Shown one piece after another: positions 1 through 9,277 of a stretch of DNA of 43,276 nt. The stretch's first letter is position 1. The number at the start of each line of letters is the position of its first letter. The stretch is from positions 1 to 43,276 of the IMG/VR virus record IMGVR_UViG_3300008255_000206; one strand, 5' to 3'. The position numbers and the translations under genes are program-made. Under the pieces are notes generated by a model. It did no database searches. It saw only the letters and a list, made by a program, of their open reading frames with translations, and was not told where the DNA came from. The DNA is from a virus (lineage: Duplodnaviria; Caudoviricetes).

Positions 1-1
1 A

Positions 2-1426
2 GCAAAAAAGCGCGCCAAAATTCAGCAAGATTTTGAACAGGCGATTGATGATCTGGAAGGGCAAATCGAACGCTTGAGGTTTACTCGCGGGGCTCCAGAA
101 GACCCCAACGGGCTGGCTTTCCGAGCAGGTAAATCGCTGATGAATATAACCTACATGGCCAATATGGGCGGGGTTGTGCTCAGCAGTATTCCTGACTTCG
201 GTGGGCTTGTGCTGCGGAATGGACTGATAAACACCTTCCGTCATGCCTTTCTGCCGATGATCAAAGACCTTCAGGCGTTCAAAATGTCGGCAAAAGAAGC
301 TCAACACGCAGGCGTTGCGCTTGACCTTGCGCTCGGAACTCGGGCCGCAGCCATGCACGACGTTTTTGATGAGCTCGAACATGGGACTAAATTCGAGCGT
401 GGCCTGCAATGGGCTTCGAATAATTACGGCTACTATACCTTGTTCGATGGTTATAACACTGGTGTTAAATCCATCGCCGCCGCACTCATCAACGCTCGAA
501 TGATGAAGGCATTGCAGGATGCCAGTGAAGGTAAGCTTGGAAAAGCAGAAGCCGCATACCTTGCCGCAAACGGTATTGATGAGCGAACCGCCACTGACAT
601 GTGGAAAGAGATCGTAACTACTCCAGGAGCTGCAGTAAATCGCAACGGAGTTTATGTTCCTAATACAATGAATTGGGGGGCTGCGGCGAGAAAAGCAGCG
701 GATGAGGCAACTAATCCTAACGAAGTTCGTCGCCATTTGCTTGCCGCCGAACGAGGCACCGAACTCGCTCGAGCTTATCAAGCCGCGCTTGGTCGACAAG
801 CTGATGCTTGGATCGTAACCCCCGGCCTCGAGCGCCCGTTGTGGATGGATAAGAATATTTTCTTCCGTATGATCGCACAGTTTCGCTCTTTCACTTATTC
901 TTCTCACCAAAAGACTTTGATCGCTGCGATGCAAGAGGCGAAGATCGGCTATAAACACGACATAGGCAATATGGCTAATGTCATTTCTGGCGTCACAACC
1001 ATGCTTGCGTTGGGAGCGCTTTCATATTATGCTTACGCTAATATACGAGGTGGTGACACGCTGAAAAAGATGCAGAAAGCCACTCCAGGTGAGTGGGCAT
1101 TTCAAGCAGTCGCTCGGTCAGGTTTGCTTGGTATTCTAGCCGAGGTTCAAAACCAAGCCATGAACGTCCCCGCCTTTCGCGGTGTGGCGTCTTTTGGCAC
1201 TGATACCGACACAAAACCATTCTTCGCCGATCCGCTGATCAAAGCACTAGGACCTAACGTAGAAACCGGACGAGATGTTGTCAAGGCCTTGGGCCTGTCC
1301 GGTGCCGATCCAGGTAAACGCGTTGAGTCTCTCCGTGACCTTATGCCACTACAAAACTTTACAGCTCTCGGTTGGGCGTTTGACGCAATCGAAGAGTATG
1401 GTAAAGATTTCGTTGGAGCCAACTGA
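2..1426 (+). CDS. C-terminal part of a large internal virion (ejection) protein, 5'-truncated
   Basis: Frame is open from base 2. Ala/Gly-rich helical protein directly upstream of the tail fibre, the position of T7 gp16-like proteins in podoviruses. Confidence 0.7.
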   Translation, partial: AKKRAKIQQDFEQAIDDLEGQIERLRFTRGAPEDPNGLAFRAGKSLMNITYMANMGGVVLSSIPDFGGLVLRNGLINTFRHAFLPMIKDLQAFKMSAKEAQHAGVALDLALGTRAAAMHDVFDELEHGTKFERGLQWASNNYGYYTLFDGYNTGVKSIAAALINARMMKALQDASEGKLGKAEAAYLAANGIDERTATDMWKEIVTTPGAAVNRNGVYVPNTMNWGAAARKAADEATNPNEVRRHLLAAERGTELARAYQAALGRQADAWIVTPGLERPLWMDKNIFFRMIAQFRSFTYSSHQKTLIAAMQEAKIGYKHDIGNMANVISGVTTMLALGALSYYAYANIRGGDTLKKMQKATPGEWAFQAVARSGLLGILAEVQNQAMNVPAFRGVASFGTDTDTKPFFADPLIKALGPNVETGRDVVKALGLSGADPGKRVESLRDLMPLQNFTALGWAFDAIEEYGKDFVGAN

Positions 1427-4400
1427 TGACAATCTCTACCACAACGACTGACTTCATCTACACCGGCAACAATTCGGCGACAGAATTTGCTGAGGGCCCG
1501 TTTGCTTTTGTGCGGAGTCAGGTGGAGGTCATTCTTCGTGACACTGTGACGAATACGGACACGTTGCTGACTCACGGGGTTCATTACCAAATTTCAAATC
1601 TGGGGGAAGTCGATGGGGTTACTGTTACGTATCCCCTGAGTGGAAGTCCCCTGTCTTCCACTCAAAAACTCATTGTATACCGTGCAATGAATTTTCTGCA
1701 ACCGACGCAAGTTTTGAACCAGGGCGGCTTCAACGCCAGCTCGATCGAAGATCAGTTCGATCGCGTTGTGATGATGCTGCAGGAACACCGCACGCTGCTT
1801 ATGCGGACGCCTCGGTGGAAGCATTTTAGCACCGTTGCTGATGTGCTTCTTCCCGAACCCTCTGCAAGTTCCTATCTGCGTTGGAACCCCGCAGGGACCG
1901 GCCTGATGAATGGTCCTCAGTCAGCTGTTCTTCTGAACGGAAACAGCGATCCCTACGAAAACGTCGCATCGATGCTGGCAAGCACGACTAACATGATTGG
2001 CTATCATGTCAAGGTAGCGGGTTACGAACGGCCTGGCGACGGCGGAGATGCTGTTTACAAAATCGTTGCAGCTGGAACTTACACCGCAAATCCATATGGC
2101 GGTGTTTTTGATCTGACCGGCATAGCTGGCCAAGCGGTTTTGGCAGATGGGCCTTACATTAAAGGCGAATGCTTTGGTATCGTCCTTGATGCCAACGGAC
2201 AAGCGCAAGAGCGTTCTGCCAACTTCAACGCTTGGATCAAGTATCTCGACAGTCTTGATGACACATACAAAGCCGATGACGGAGAAACTCTCACCGAGCT
2301 GTTGACCGGCGGCTATCGTGGCGTTTTGAATACTGACTTTACCGCCAAAGATATGCTGGCTTTGACTGGTGAGTCTGATACAAACGTCAGTAACTTGTGG
2401 CTTTACCTTAACTGCAAAATCATTGCAGTTGCGGGTGGAACTCTCGAAACACATACTCATACTCGTCCCATTCCTTTGATCCATTTCAAGGGTCGCAATT
2501 GCAAAATTGGTTGGCCTAAGCTCGAATGCGAGATGCTTTGCGCTGGCATCAAAGCCAAGGTTGATTTGGGGAATACTCATTGGAACCTCGAAATGCGAGG
2601 TTTCCATCGTTATGGCCTGTGGTTGACTGCCGCTAATGACTCAACTTGGTGGGATCCGATTATCAAGCAGTTCTATCGTGATCCTGATTGGATCAGGAAC
2701 GGTGTGAACACTGATGATTGGGATGAGTGGAACGGGGATTGTGTGGTCATTACGACCAAAGATCGCCGGATCATCGGGGGTCAGATTGGCTGGAGCGGAC
2801 CTTGTGTTCGCATTACTGACACAATGCCCTCTAATGCTGCTGAACGCATCCCAGGTCGTAACTGCTATTGGTGCGGACTGTCGGCCAGCTCCAATTACAT
2901 CGACGGCGACAACGGCGGTGGGGATTTCATTTGGGATAATCCGCACTTCATGCAGCCGGTAAACGCATCTGGTTGGTCTGGTGGTCCTCGCTACGGCGCT
3001 TTCGCTGACTACGATATGATGAGTGGCGATATGATTATTCGCCAAGTCGATACGCCTATTGGCATCTTGTCATTCTGCAAGGTTTCAAACCTGACTTACT
3101 TCGATCGCCTTGATAACGATGGGTGCAATCACTATCTGTTCGGCGCTCAGGTTGAAATTACCAACGAAGCTAATGGTTCGACGGTGAACGTCAGTTCGGT
3201 ATCGACTTCGCCGAACCACATTCTTGATCCGCGCATTCGTGTCTTTGCATCTCGCGGCGGAGCAGGGGGCGCGCGGTTCCCTTTCATGGCCTCAATGGCG
3301 CGTTCTCGCCAGATGACGCTGACGTTTGAAAATGACTACTGGACTCACCAGACCGCTTTCACAGCTGGCGGTTTGGTCGACGGCCATGCCTTCTTGGCTA
3401 ACCATCAAGCTGCGATCGAGGCCCTGGCTGATATCCAGCAAAACGTTCGTTATATTCCTGCAACCGGACTTGCAGACGTAGGCGATGGCGTTCACTTTAC
3501 TGGAGCTTCGCTCGTAACGCTCGGTGAAGGTCACGCGGATCAAATCATCCGGCAGTTGATGCGTAACCCGTCGACTGCGCCAGTGTGCTTGTTGTCCAAG
3601 GGGCAATCAAACTCTGTTGGACACGTTGCTGCTAAGAATGGCGATCACACAATCCAACCGGGTGTTTATGTCTGGAATGGCACCCTGAACGACGGGGCTG
3701 GAACAGCCTTTATTCCGGCTGAATATGGCGTTGCGCCCTTCAATCGAGGAACGGATCCGTGGGCAAACAACATTGCACTCAGCGCCGCCAACGAAATCAA
3801 ACTCGCAACAGGTCGCGACGTTTACATTATCGTGATGGCGAAGGGCGGAAGAAACGCTGAATGCTGGGTGCCCCCAGCTGTTAACACTGCCAATGGCTGG
3901 ACAGCGGATGAAGACTTTACTGCCTTCATCGAAGCGGAACTGATCAAAGCGCTTCCCCTGATCCCCGGCCGCAAGCTGATTGCGCCTGATGCACTTCTGT
4001 GGCAACAAGGCGAAGCAAACAGCGGAGACACGGTTACAGTTTACAGAAACAAACTGAAGGCCATGCTGAATTGGCTGGTGGGACTTTCTTATTTCAATCC
4101 CTCCATCAGCTGGCTGGGCGACCACAGCAAATGGAATGTCGCAAACAGGGCTTCTGGAAACTACACCGGATCCGTGCAGGACCGAGGTCGACTGACGGCT
4201 GGTGTTTACACGCCAACTGTTTATGCCGCAGGCGATCGGTGGCTTGCGCAAGGCGCCGTTACGGTTAACCCCGGCGGTGTAACGGCGGTTGATGGTCAGC
4301 TTATCTATGCCCTGACTGACACACCAGCTGGGGCCGGAGATTGGCTTGTTGTAGATGCTGACAGCGCACCGGTGCGGTCGGGAGCTCGATGGGAACTCAA

Positions 4401-6102
4401 CGTCAAACCGACTGTGTATAACTATTATCCTGCCGACGATGAGGACGGCATTGCACAAATCAATGATGAGTCTCCTGGCGATAAACTGACTCGTAAGATG
4501 CAAGTGGCCGGGGCAACGATGACAGAAACGCTGAATGGCGAGTCTGATATCGTGCAGATTGATACATCAAACTATCGCTTTAAGAGCGGGCTGGTTATCG
4601 GAACAAACAAGTCCAACCTAGCCAAACTCGTCGATCCGCCTGTTACTCCTCTCGACAGCTCTGCAATACACCCTGATGTGAGACAAACCGTGTCGCCTTG
4701 GCTTGAAGGCAACGGCAATCCGCTTTACCGTATTCAGGATTTGGAGGATATCAGCGTCACAGGGCGGTTTGTGCAGTCTGCTGCTGGGGGCTTTCCGTTC
4801 GCTGTTCGGGGTCCACTGAACTTCTTCACCGCATTTGCTGGGAGCATCGACACCGATGGTTTCGGCATGACGATCAAGCCGTCTTTGGCCTTGGATGGCT
4901 GGGCTGAGAACGGTGTGGTTTATGGCTGGCGGATACAGGGCATAGCCGCTACAGCTGCAACGGGTATCTCTTTTGATGGAGACTCTCGGAATATAGTCGC
5001 TGCTTTGAACGTGGTGCGTCATTTGCTCCGCACCGGCAACAAGGCCCACGCCTATGCCATTGCCGGACTGGCAGGGACTGACACGCCAAACGCTGACAGC
5101 GAGAACATCGTTCTTCTCGGTAACGTCGCCGACGATATAGTCGGCAATCTCTATCACATCGAGGACGCTGTTCCTCGTATTGTTACCGCATTTGGTGTTG
5201 CTCGGCGGATCGAAAAAGGCATTGAGATTATCAACGATGCCGGTTCCCTGTTGCAACTCCACATCGGCAACATGATTGCAGGGCCAAGCGTCTCGGCAAT
5301 TGATGCAGTCGGCACCGGCAACATGAAGGACAGTGTATTCGCTTTCAACTTCCTGGACGGTGCTGGCGTTGCCTCTTCGGATAACTATGCGTTTTCCCTC
5401 GGGCAAGTAGGCACCAAAAATATCCTTCTGTTCGGGAATGTTTATCACGAAACTACAAATCCTCTAGGCGCGTTTTGGTCAAACGCTGCCGGTCCGCTCA
5501 ACTTGCTCGGAGAAACCTTCGACGGAGTAACGGGCATCTGTATGAAGCTGGATCGCAATCTTATGGTTGCGACTATCGGCTACTGCATGTTCAACGGCGG
5601 AACCTACGGCATCAGTGCGACAGCCAACGCCAAAGCAGCCCTGACTGATCAGCGCAGCATCTATGTGCAGTCGACCAATACTTTCGAAGGTGTCGCCACG
5701 GCAGTTGTGGACAAGGCGAACTCATCCGGCTTGATTGGCGATCAGCGAGCCAATGGAACTGTGATCGGCAATACCGCTTCTGATGAGGTGTTGTTCATTG
5801 CACAACGAGCAGGTTGGATCACGGGGGTTCAAATCGGCTACCTCAGCGCTGCGGCTGGTGCGACTTCGGGCACATTCAATCTGATCAAATCAAACACCGG
5901 CGGTTCGACTACGTTGCTCAGCAAAGCCGTCTCGCATTCTGTGGCTCAGTATGGAGGGACTCAGTATTCCTCCGAGCACGCAGATTTGACCAACAGCTTT
6001 GCTCGGGGAGATATCATTCGACTGACCTGCAACGGCGGCGGTGACAGCGCTCGGAAGGCGCTTGTTCAGCTTGACTTCTTCTACTACGACAACGGCTCGT
6101 AA
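1426..6102 (+). CDS. Tail fibre/tailspike: T7-gp17-like N-terminal anchor, beta-helix regions and an SGNH (SASA/CE6-like) esterase
   Basis: N-terminal YTGNNSATEF...FDRVVMMLQE anchor pattern; GYERPGDGG tailspike motif; GQSN, WQQGEAN and DGVH esterase motifs; Gly/Asn-rich beta-helix-like repeats. Confidence 0.85.
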   Translation: MTISTTTTDFIYTGNNSATEFAEGPFAFVRSQVEVILRDTVTNTDTLLTHGVHYQISNLGEVDGVTVTYPLSGSPLSSTQKLIVYRAMNFLQPTQVLNQGGFNASSIEDQFDRVVMMLQEHRTLLMRTPRWKHFSTVADVLLPEPSASSYLRWNPAGTGLMNGPQSAVLLNGNSDPYENVASMLASTTNMIGYHVKVAGYERPGDGGDAVYKIVAAGTYTANPYGGVFDLTGIAGQAVLADGPYIKGECFGIVLDANGQAQERSANFNAWIKYLDSLDDTYKADDGETLTELLTGGYRGVLNTDFTAKDMLALTGESDTNVSNLWLYLNCKIIAVAGGTLETHTHTRPIPLIHFKGRNCKIGWPKLECEMLCAGIKAKVDLGNTHWNLEMRGFHRYGLWLTAANDSTWWDPIIKQFYRDPDWIRNGVNTDDWDEWNGDCVVITTKDRRIIGGQIGWSGPCVRITDTMPSNAAERIPGRNCYWCGLSASSNYIDGDNGGGDFIWDNPHFMQPVNASGWSGGPRYGAFADYDMMSGDMIIRQVDTPIGILSFCKVSNLTYFDRLDNDGCNHYLFGAQVEITNEANGSTVNVSSVSTSPNHILDPRIRVFASRGGAGGARFPFMASMARSRQMTLTFENDYWTHQTAFTAGGLVDGHAFLANHQAAIEALADIQQNVRYIPATGLADVGDGVHFTGASLVTLGEGHADQIIRQLMRNPSTAPVCLLSKGQSNSVGHVAAKNGDHTIQPGVYVWNGTLNDGAGTAFIPAEYGVAPFNRGTDPWANNIALSAANEIKLATGRDVYIIVMAKGGRNAECWVPPAVNTANGWTADEDFTAFIEAELIKALPLIPGRKLIAPDALLWQQGEANSGDTVTVYRNKLKAMLNWLVGLSYFNPSISWLGDHSKWNVANRASGNYTGSVQDRGRLTAGVYTPTVYAAGDRWLAQGAVTVNPGGVTAVDGQLIYALTDTPAGAGDWLVVDADSAPVRSGARWELNVKPTVYNYYPADDEDGIAQINDESPGDKLTRKMQVAGATMTETLNGESDIVQIDTSNYRFKSGLVIGTNKSNLAKLVDPPVTPLDSSAIHPDVRQTVSPWLEGNGNPLYRIQDLEDISVTGRFVQSAAGGFPFAVRGPLNFFTAFAGSIDTDGFGMTIKPSLALDGWAENGVVYGWRIQGIAATAATGISFDGDSRNIVAALNVVRHLLRTGNKAHAYAIAGLAGTDTPNADSENIVLLGNVADDIVGNLYHIEDAVPRIVTAFGVARRIEKGIEIINDAGSLLQLHIGNMIAGPSVSAIDAVGTGNMKDSVFAFNFLDGAGVASSDNYAFSLGQVGTKNILLFGNVYHETTNPLGAFWSNAAGPLNLLGETFDGVTGICMKLDRNLMVATIGYCMFNGGTYGISATANAKAALTDQRSIYVQSTNTFEGVATAVVDKANSSGLIGDQRANGTVIGNTASDEVLFIAQRAGWITGVQIGYLSAAAGATSGTFNLIKSNTGGSTTLLSKAVSHSVAQYGGTQYSSEHADLTNSFARGDIIRLTCNGGGDSARKALVQLDFFYYDNGS

Positions 6103-6113
6103 GGACAACCCAA

Positions 6114-6404
6114 ATGATGACTAAACCAATTGAATTTTGGTTGGCTTTATGCGCCGGGGTTCTGATTGTAATTGAGCGCCATCGAGAGAAACCGATGTTA
6201 TCTCGGGCAGCAATCGCGGGAGCATCTGGTTGTATGGGGGCCTCACTTGCCCCCGACTTTGCCTTGTGGACTGGTCGAAGCGAAACTATTGGAGTTATGC
6301 TTATCACAGCTTTAGGTTATCTAGCAATGGATATCGGCACAGCTGTGATTTCCGATACTACTCTTTGGAAACGGCTCGTCGAAAAACGACTCGGAAAGGA
6401 GTGA
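6114..6404 (+). CDS. Putative holin (about 3 hydrophobic segments)
   Basis: 96 aa, hydrophobic stretches, basic C-terminus, Met-Met start, upstream of the lysozyme. Confidence 0.55.
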   Translation: MMTKPIEFWLALCAGVLIVIERHREKPMLSRAAIAGASGCMGASLAPDFALWTGRSETIGVMLITALGYLAMDIGTAVISDTTLWKRLVEKRLGKE

Positions 6405-6405
6405 C

Positions 6406-6564
6406 ATGGAAAAGACCAAAGAAAGACTCAAAACGCATCGCGGTATGTTTGTCATCATTCTCGTGCTGCTGTTCTTCTGGCTGATTTCTGATCGCAAGTT
6501 CGATCACAATCTCAGCGTTAAAGACTGGCGAGAACAGTATAAAGACGAAAGGAATGTAAGATGA
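6406..6564 (+). CDS. 52-aa single-TM protein in the lysis cassette
   Basis: Translated by hand: MEKTKERLKTHRGMFVIILVLLFFWLISDRK...NVR*. GGAG RBS upstream; ATGA overlap with the lysozyme start. Confidence 0.6.
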   Translation: MEKTKERLKTHRGMFVIILVLLFFWLISDRKFDHNLSVKDWREQYKDERNVR

Positions 6565-7214
6565 TTAAGGTTTCGGATCAAGGACTGCTGGAAATCGCAG
6601 AACACGAGGGCATTGTGCCGGCGCCTTACAAGGATAGCAAAGGCATTTGGACCTTTGGCATCGGGCATACCGCAGGCGCTGGCGGACTCGATCCGCGTGA
6701 AATGAACAGTCGAATGCCGAATGACGTGGATGCGGCTATTGTCAGGGCTTTGCAGATTTTCCGCGAGGATATCGCCAATGTCGAGAAGCGTATCCAGGCA
6801 GTTATCAAAACGCCGCTCAAGCAGCATCAAATCGACGCACTCGCTTCTTGGGACTTGAACACCGGCGGTCTTACCTGGAAACACAAGACCACCAAAAAGC
6901 CTTGTCAGCTTGTGCAGCAGATCAATTCTGGCAACCTTTCCGCCGACGGTTTCATGGGCTGGCTTCGGCCGATTGAGATCAAAGGGCGTCGAGAAGAAGA
7001 ACAGGAGTTGTTTCGCTCGGGGGACTACAGCGCAAACGGAGACCATATTGCGGTTTGGGAAACCGACGGAAAAGGCAATCTGCGTCGGATTATGAAAACG
7101 ATCAAAGGACGTGATCTGCTGAAAGTCATGAAGGCAGCGACTGTGGTTATGCCTACTGAAGTCGGCGATGAGCATCAAAGCCTGTGGGATCGGCTTTTGG
7201 AGAAACTGCGATGA
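6561..7214 (+). CDS. Endolysin, GH24 phage lysozyme
   Basis: HEG-x7-D-x5-T catalytic pattern (HEGIVPAPYKDSKGIWTFGIGHT) and a C-terminal RR-x-x-E motif. Confidence 0.9.
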   Translation: MIKVSDQGLLEIAEHEGIVPAPYKDSKGIWTFGIGHTAGAGGLDPREMNSRMPNDVDAAIVRALQIFREDIANVEKRIQAVIKTPLKQHQIDALASWDLNTGGLTWKHKTTKKPCQLVQQINSGNLSADGFMGWLRPIEIKGRREEEQELFRSGDYSANGDHIAVWETDGKGNLRRIMKTIKGRDLLKVMKAATVVMPTEVGDEHQSLWDRLLEKLR

Positions 7215-7591
7215 TGTTTTTTCGTTGGCTCGCTTCGTTTTTAACGAGCGGCTTTCTCGATCGAGTACTCTCTACGGTGGACAAACGCATCGAAGCAGAG
7301 ACTGACCGGGAAAAAATCAAAGGCGAGATCATCAAGGAACATTACTCAACCCGAGCTGACTGGATGCGTTCCGGCGGCTTCTGGCTTTGCATGATGTTCG
7401 CGGTTCCGTTGGCTTTCTGGTTTACGGCTGTTGTGATTTACAGCATCTTCTGGTGTAAGCTTTGTCTGTATCCTCAGCCGTGGTCGATCGCCGCTTTGCC
7501 CCCACCGCTTGATGATTGGGCAGGCATGATGATCCTTTCAATCTTCGGGGTGGTCGGTATCCACCAGTTCAAAAAAAAGGAAATAAAATGA
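7211..7591 (+). CDS. Holin-like membrane protein (GTA-type 3TM holin-like)
   Basis: ATGA-coupled to the lysozyme; amphipathic N-terminus, charged coil, two TM segments and a basic tail. Confidence 0.6.
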   Translation: MMFFRWLASFLTSGFLDRVLSTVDKRIEAETDREKIKGEIIKEHYSTRADWMRSGGFWLCMMFAVPLAFWFTAVVIYSIFWCKLCLYPQPWSIAALPPPLDDWAGMMILSIFGVVGIHQFKKKEIK

Positions 7592-7923
7592 CTATTACTG
7601 TTGAACGTATCGGCAAAGGGGCAACAGCCTTCACCTTCTCAGCTATCGCCAACGGCGAAGCAACCGATGTGCTGGAAATGAAAAACGGCATAGGACTGGC
7701 AGCCTCGCTTCAAACAACGGGAACCTTTGACGGCGGAACAGTTACGCTTGAGGTTTCCAACGACGGCGTAACTTTCTATGACTGGAAAGATATCGAAGGC
7801 ACCGCGATCGGAATGACCGCAGCTGGTTATGCCGAGTTCTGTGTGGCGGCTCGTTATGTTCGGTTGGGACTCGCGGGTGGAGCAGGGGGCGCGATGGTCG
7901 GCATCATCGTGGCACAAGGATGA
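7588..7923 (+). CDS. Small beta-rich virion protein (possible spike base)
   Basis: AAGGAA RBS and ATG at 7588; GTFDGGTVTLEVSNDG...ARYVR jelly-roll-like pattern. Confidence 0.55.
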   Translation: MTITVERIGKGATAFTFSAIANGEATDVLEMKNGIGLAASLQTTGTFDGGTVTLEVSNDGVTFYDWKDIEGTAIGMTAAGYAEFCVAARYVRLGLAGGAGGAMVGIIVAQG

Positions 7924-9269
7924 AAGATTTCACTGTCATCGCTCGACGCAGGGGCCGGAGACTCAGAGGGTCTGTTGCGCTTCTTGTAATCAACACTATC
8001 GGTCCGCAAAATGCGTCAGGTGCGGTGCCGGTTGATTACACGATCAACTCCAATGACAGCGGAGTGCAAGTGCTGCTGAGCCTTGCGTCTACCGCTAATC
8101 CAGTTGCTTCGAATTTCGGAGCAGACAGCGGGGGTGGTGCAGCTGCTGGGGGTTATACTTATCTCGGTACTGTGGCGCTGACAGTCGGTGGTTCAAATAT
8201 TCCCTTGGCAATCCCCGACGGATTGCAGAATGTTTTTAAGCTGCATTTTCTGCCAACTGGCGGTGGCGATGCAAATGTAGTTTCTTCGGCGTCAGTGAGC
8301 ATCGACACAACTGACAGCGTTTTGTCGCCGGTGTCCTTTGCTGACAATAGCGCAGAAGGTGTCAGCTGGGGATTTACCCCTGACGAAGATAGCGCTGCAA
8401 TTTCTGGTTATCGTGTCAGCGTTTGGCCAGATGGCACTGACCCCTCGGATGCGCTGATTGCGAGTGGCACCGGGGCAACGGCAACAGCTACTGGCACAGC
8501 AGCAGGAACGATTGGAGAAAGCGGGACTTTTGCCTCGCTTGGTGCGGGCACCTATCAACCAACGATTTACTACAAGGACCCTTTCGGAAACGAAGTCTTT
8601 GCGACTTATGCGGACGTGACGGTGGCGGCTCTTGTGACATTTGCTGTAGAGCGAGTCGTCGCGGACTATCTCGGCAACAACGCGGTTACTAGCACCAAGA
8701 CGTTCTCGATCAATCTTCTGGGCTATGATACCGGCACCTTGATCATGGTTCCTTACGGCAACGAGGATTTCCTGGTTGGTGGGACGCTGCAAGGCAACGC
8801 GATGACTGTCGAGCAAATCTCGACGGGCACTGCAGGTGGTGCGAAGGCATCCTTGTTAACCTATGTTTTAACTGCACCGGGAACCGCGACTGAAAGTCTT
8901 GTTCTCAACGTCAATACGGCACAGCAATATAACGTGGTCGATGTGTGGGCTGTAAAGGGTGGCCAGATCGTAAGTAAGAACTACCAGGAGAAATTGGACG
9001 GCACTTCGTTCAGCGTTCCCGTCACTCCAGACAATGCTCAGAATGCGATATTCGCTTTTGTCACTGGACGACAGCAGCCAGATACCGCTTTCACTTGGAG
9101 TAACCTTACTGAAATTGACGACGAGCGAGTCGCAGCGGGTAATAATGCCTATATGTCTACTGGACTTGTGGAAAACGTTCCTTCAGGTGTAGCGTTCGCT
9201 GTGGCCGGTTTTCTCACTGGCTCTTCTTTCCGTCACTCAATGATTGCCGTCGCAATCACTCCCCTCTGA
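7920..9269 (+). CDS. Putative virion fibre/spike protein with Ig-like beta domains
   Basis: 449 aa, rich in G/A/S/T/V, ATGA-coupled to the preceding gene. Confidence 0.55.
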   Translation: MKDFTVIARRRGRRLRGSVALLVINTIGPQNASGAVPVDYTINSNDSGVQVLLSLASTANPVASNFGADSGGGAAAGGYTYLGTVALTVGGSNIPLAIPDGLQNVFKLHFLPTGGGDANVVSSASVSIDTTDSVLSPVSFADNSAEGVSWGFTPDEDSAAISGYRVSVWPDGTDPSDALIASGTGATATATGTAAGTIGESGTFASLGAGTYQPTIYYKDPFGNEVFATYADVTVAALVTFAVERVVADYLGNNAVTSTKTFSINLLGYDTGTLIMVPYGNEDFLVGGTLQGNAMTVEQISTGTAGGAKASLLTYVLTAPGTATESLVLNVNTAQQYNVVDVWAVKGGQIVSKNYQEKLDGTSFSVPVTPDNAQNAIFAFVTGRQQPDTAFTWSNLTEIDDERVAAGNNAYMSTGLVENVPSGVAFAVAGFLTGSSFRHSMIAVAITPL

Positions 9270-9277
9270 GGTAAACT

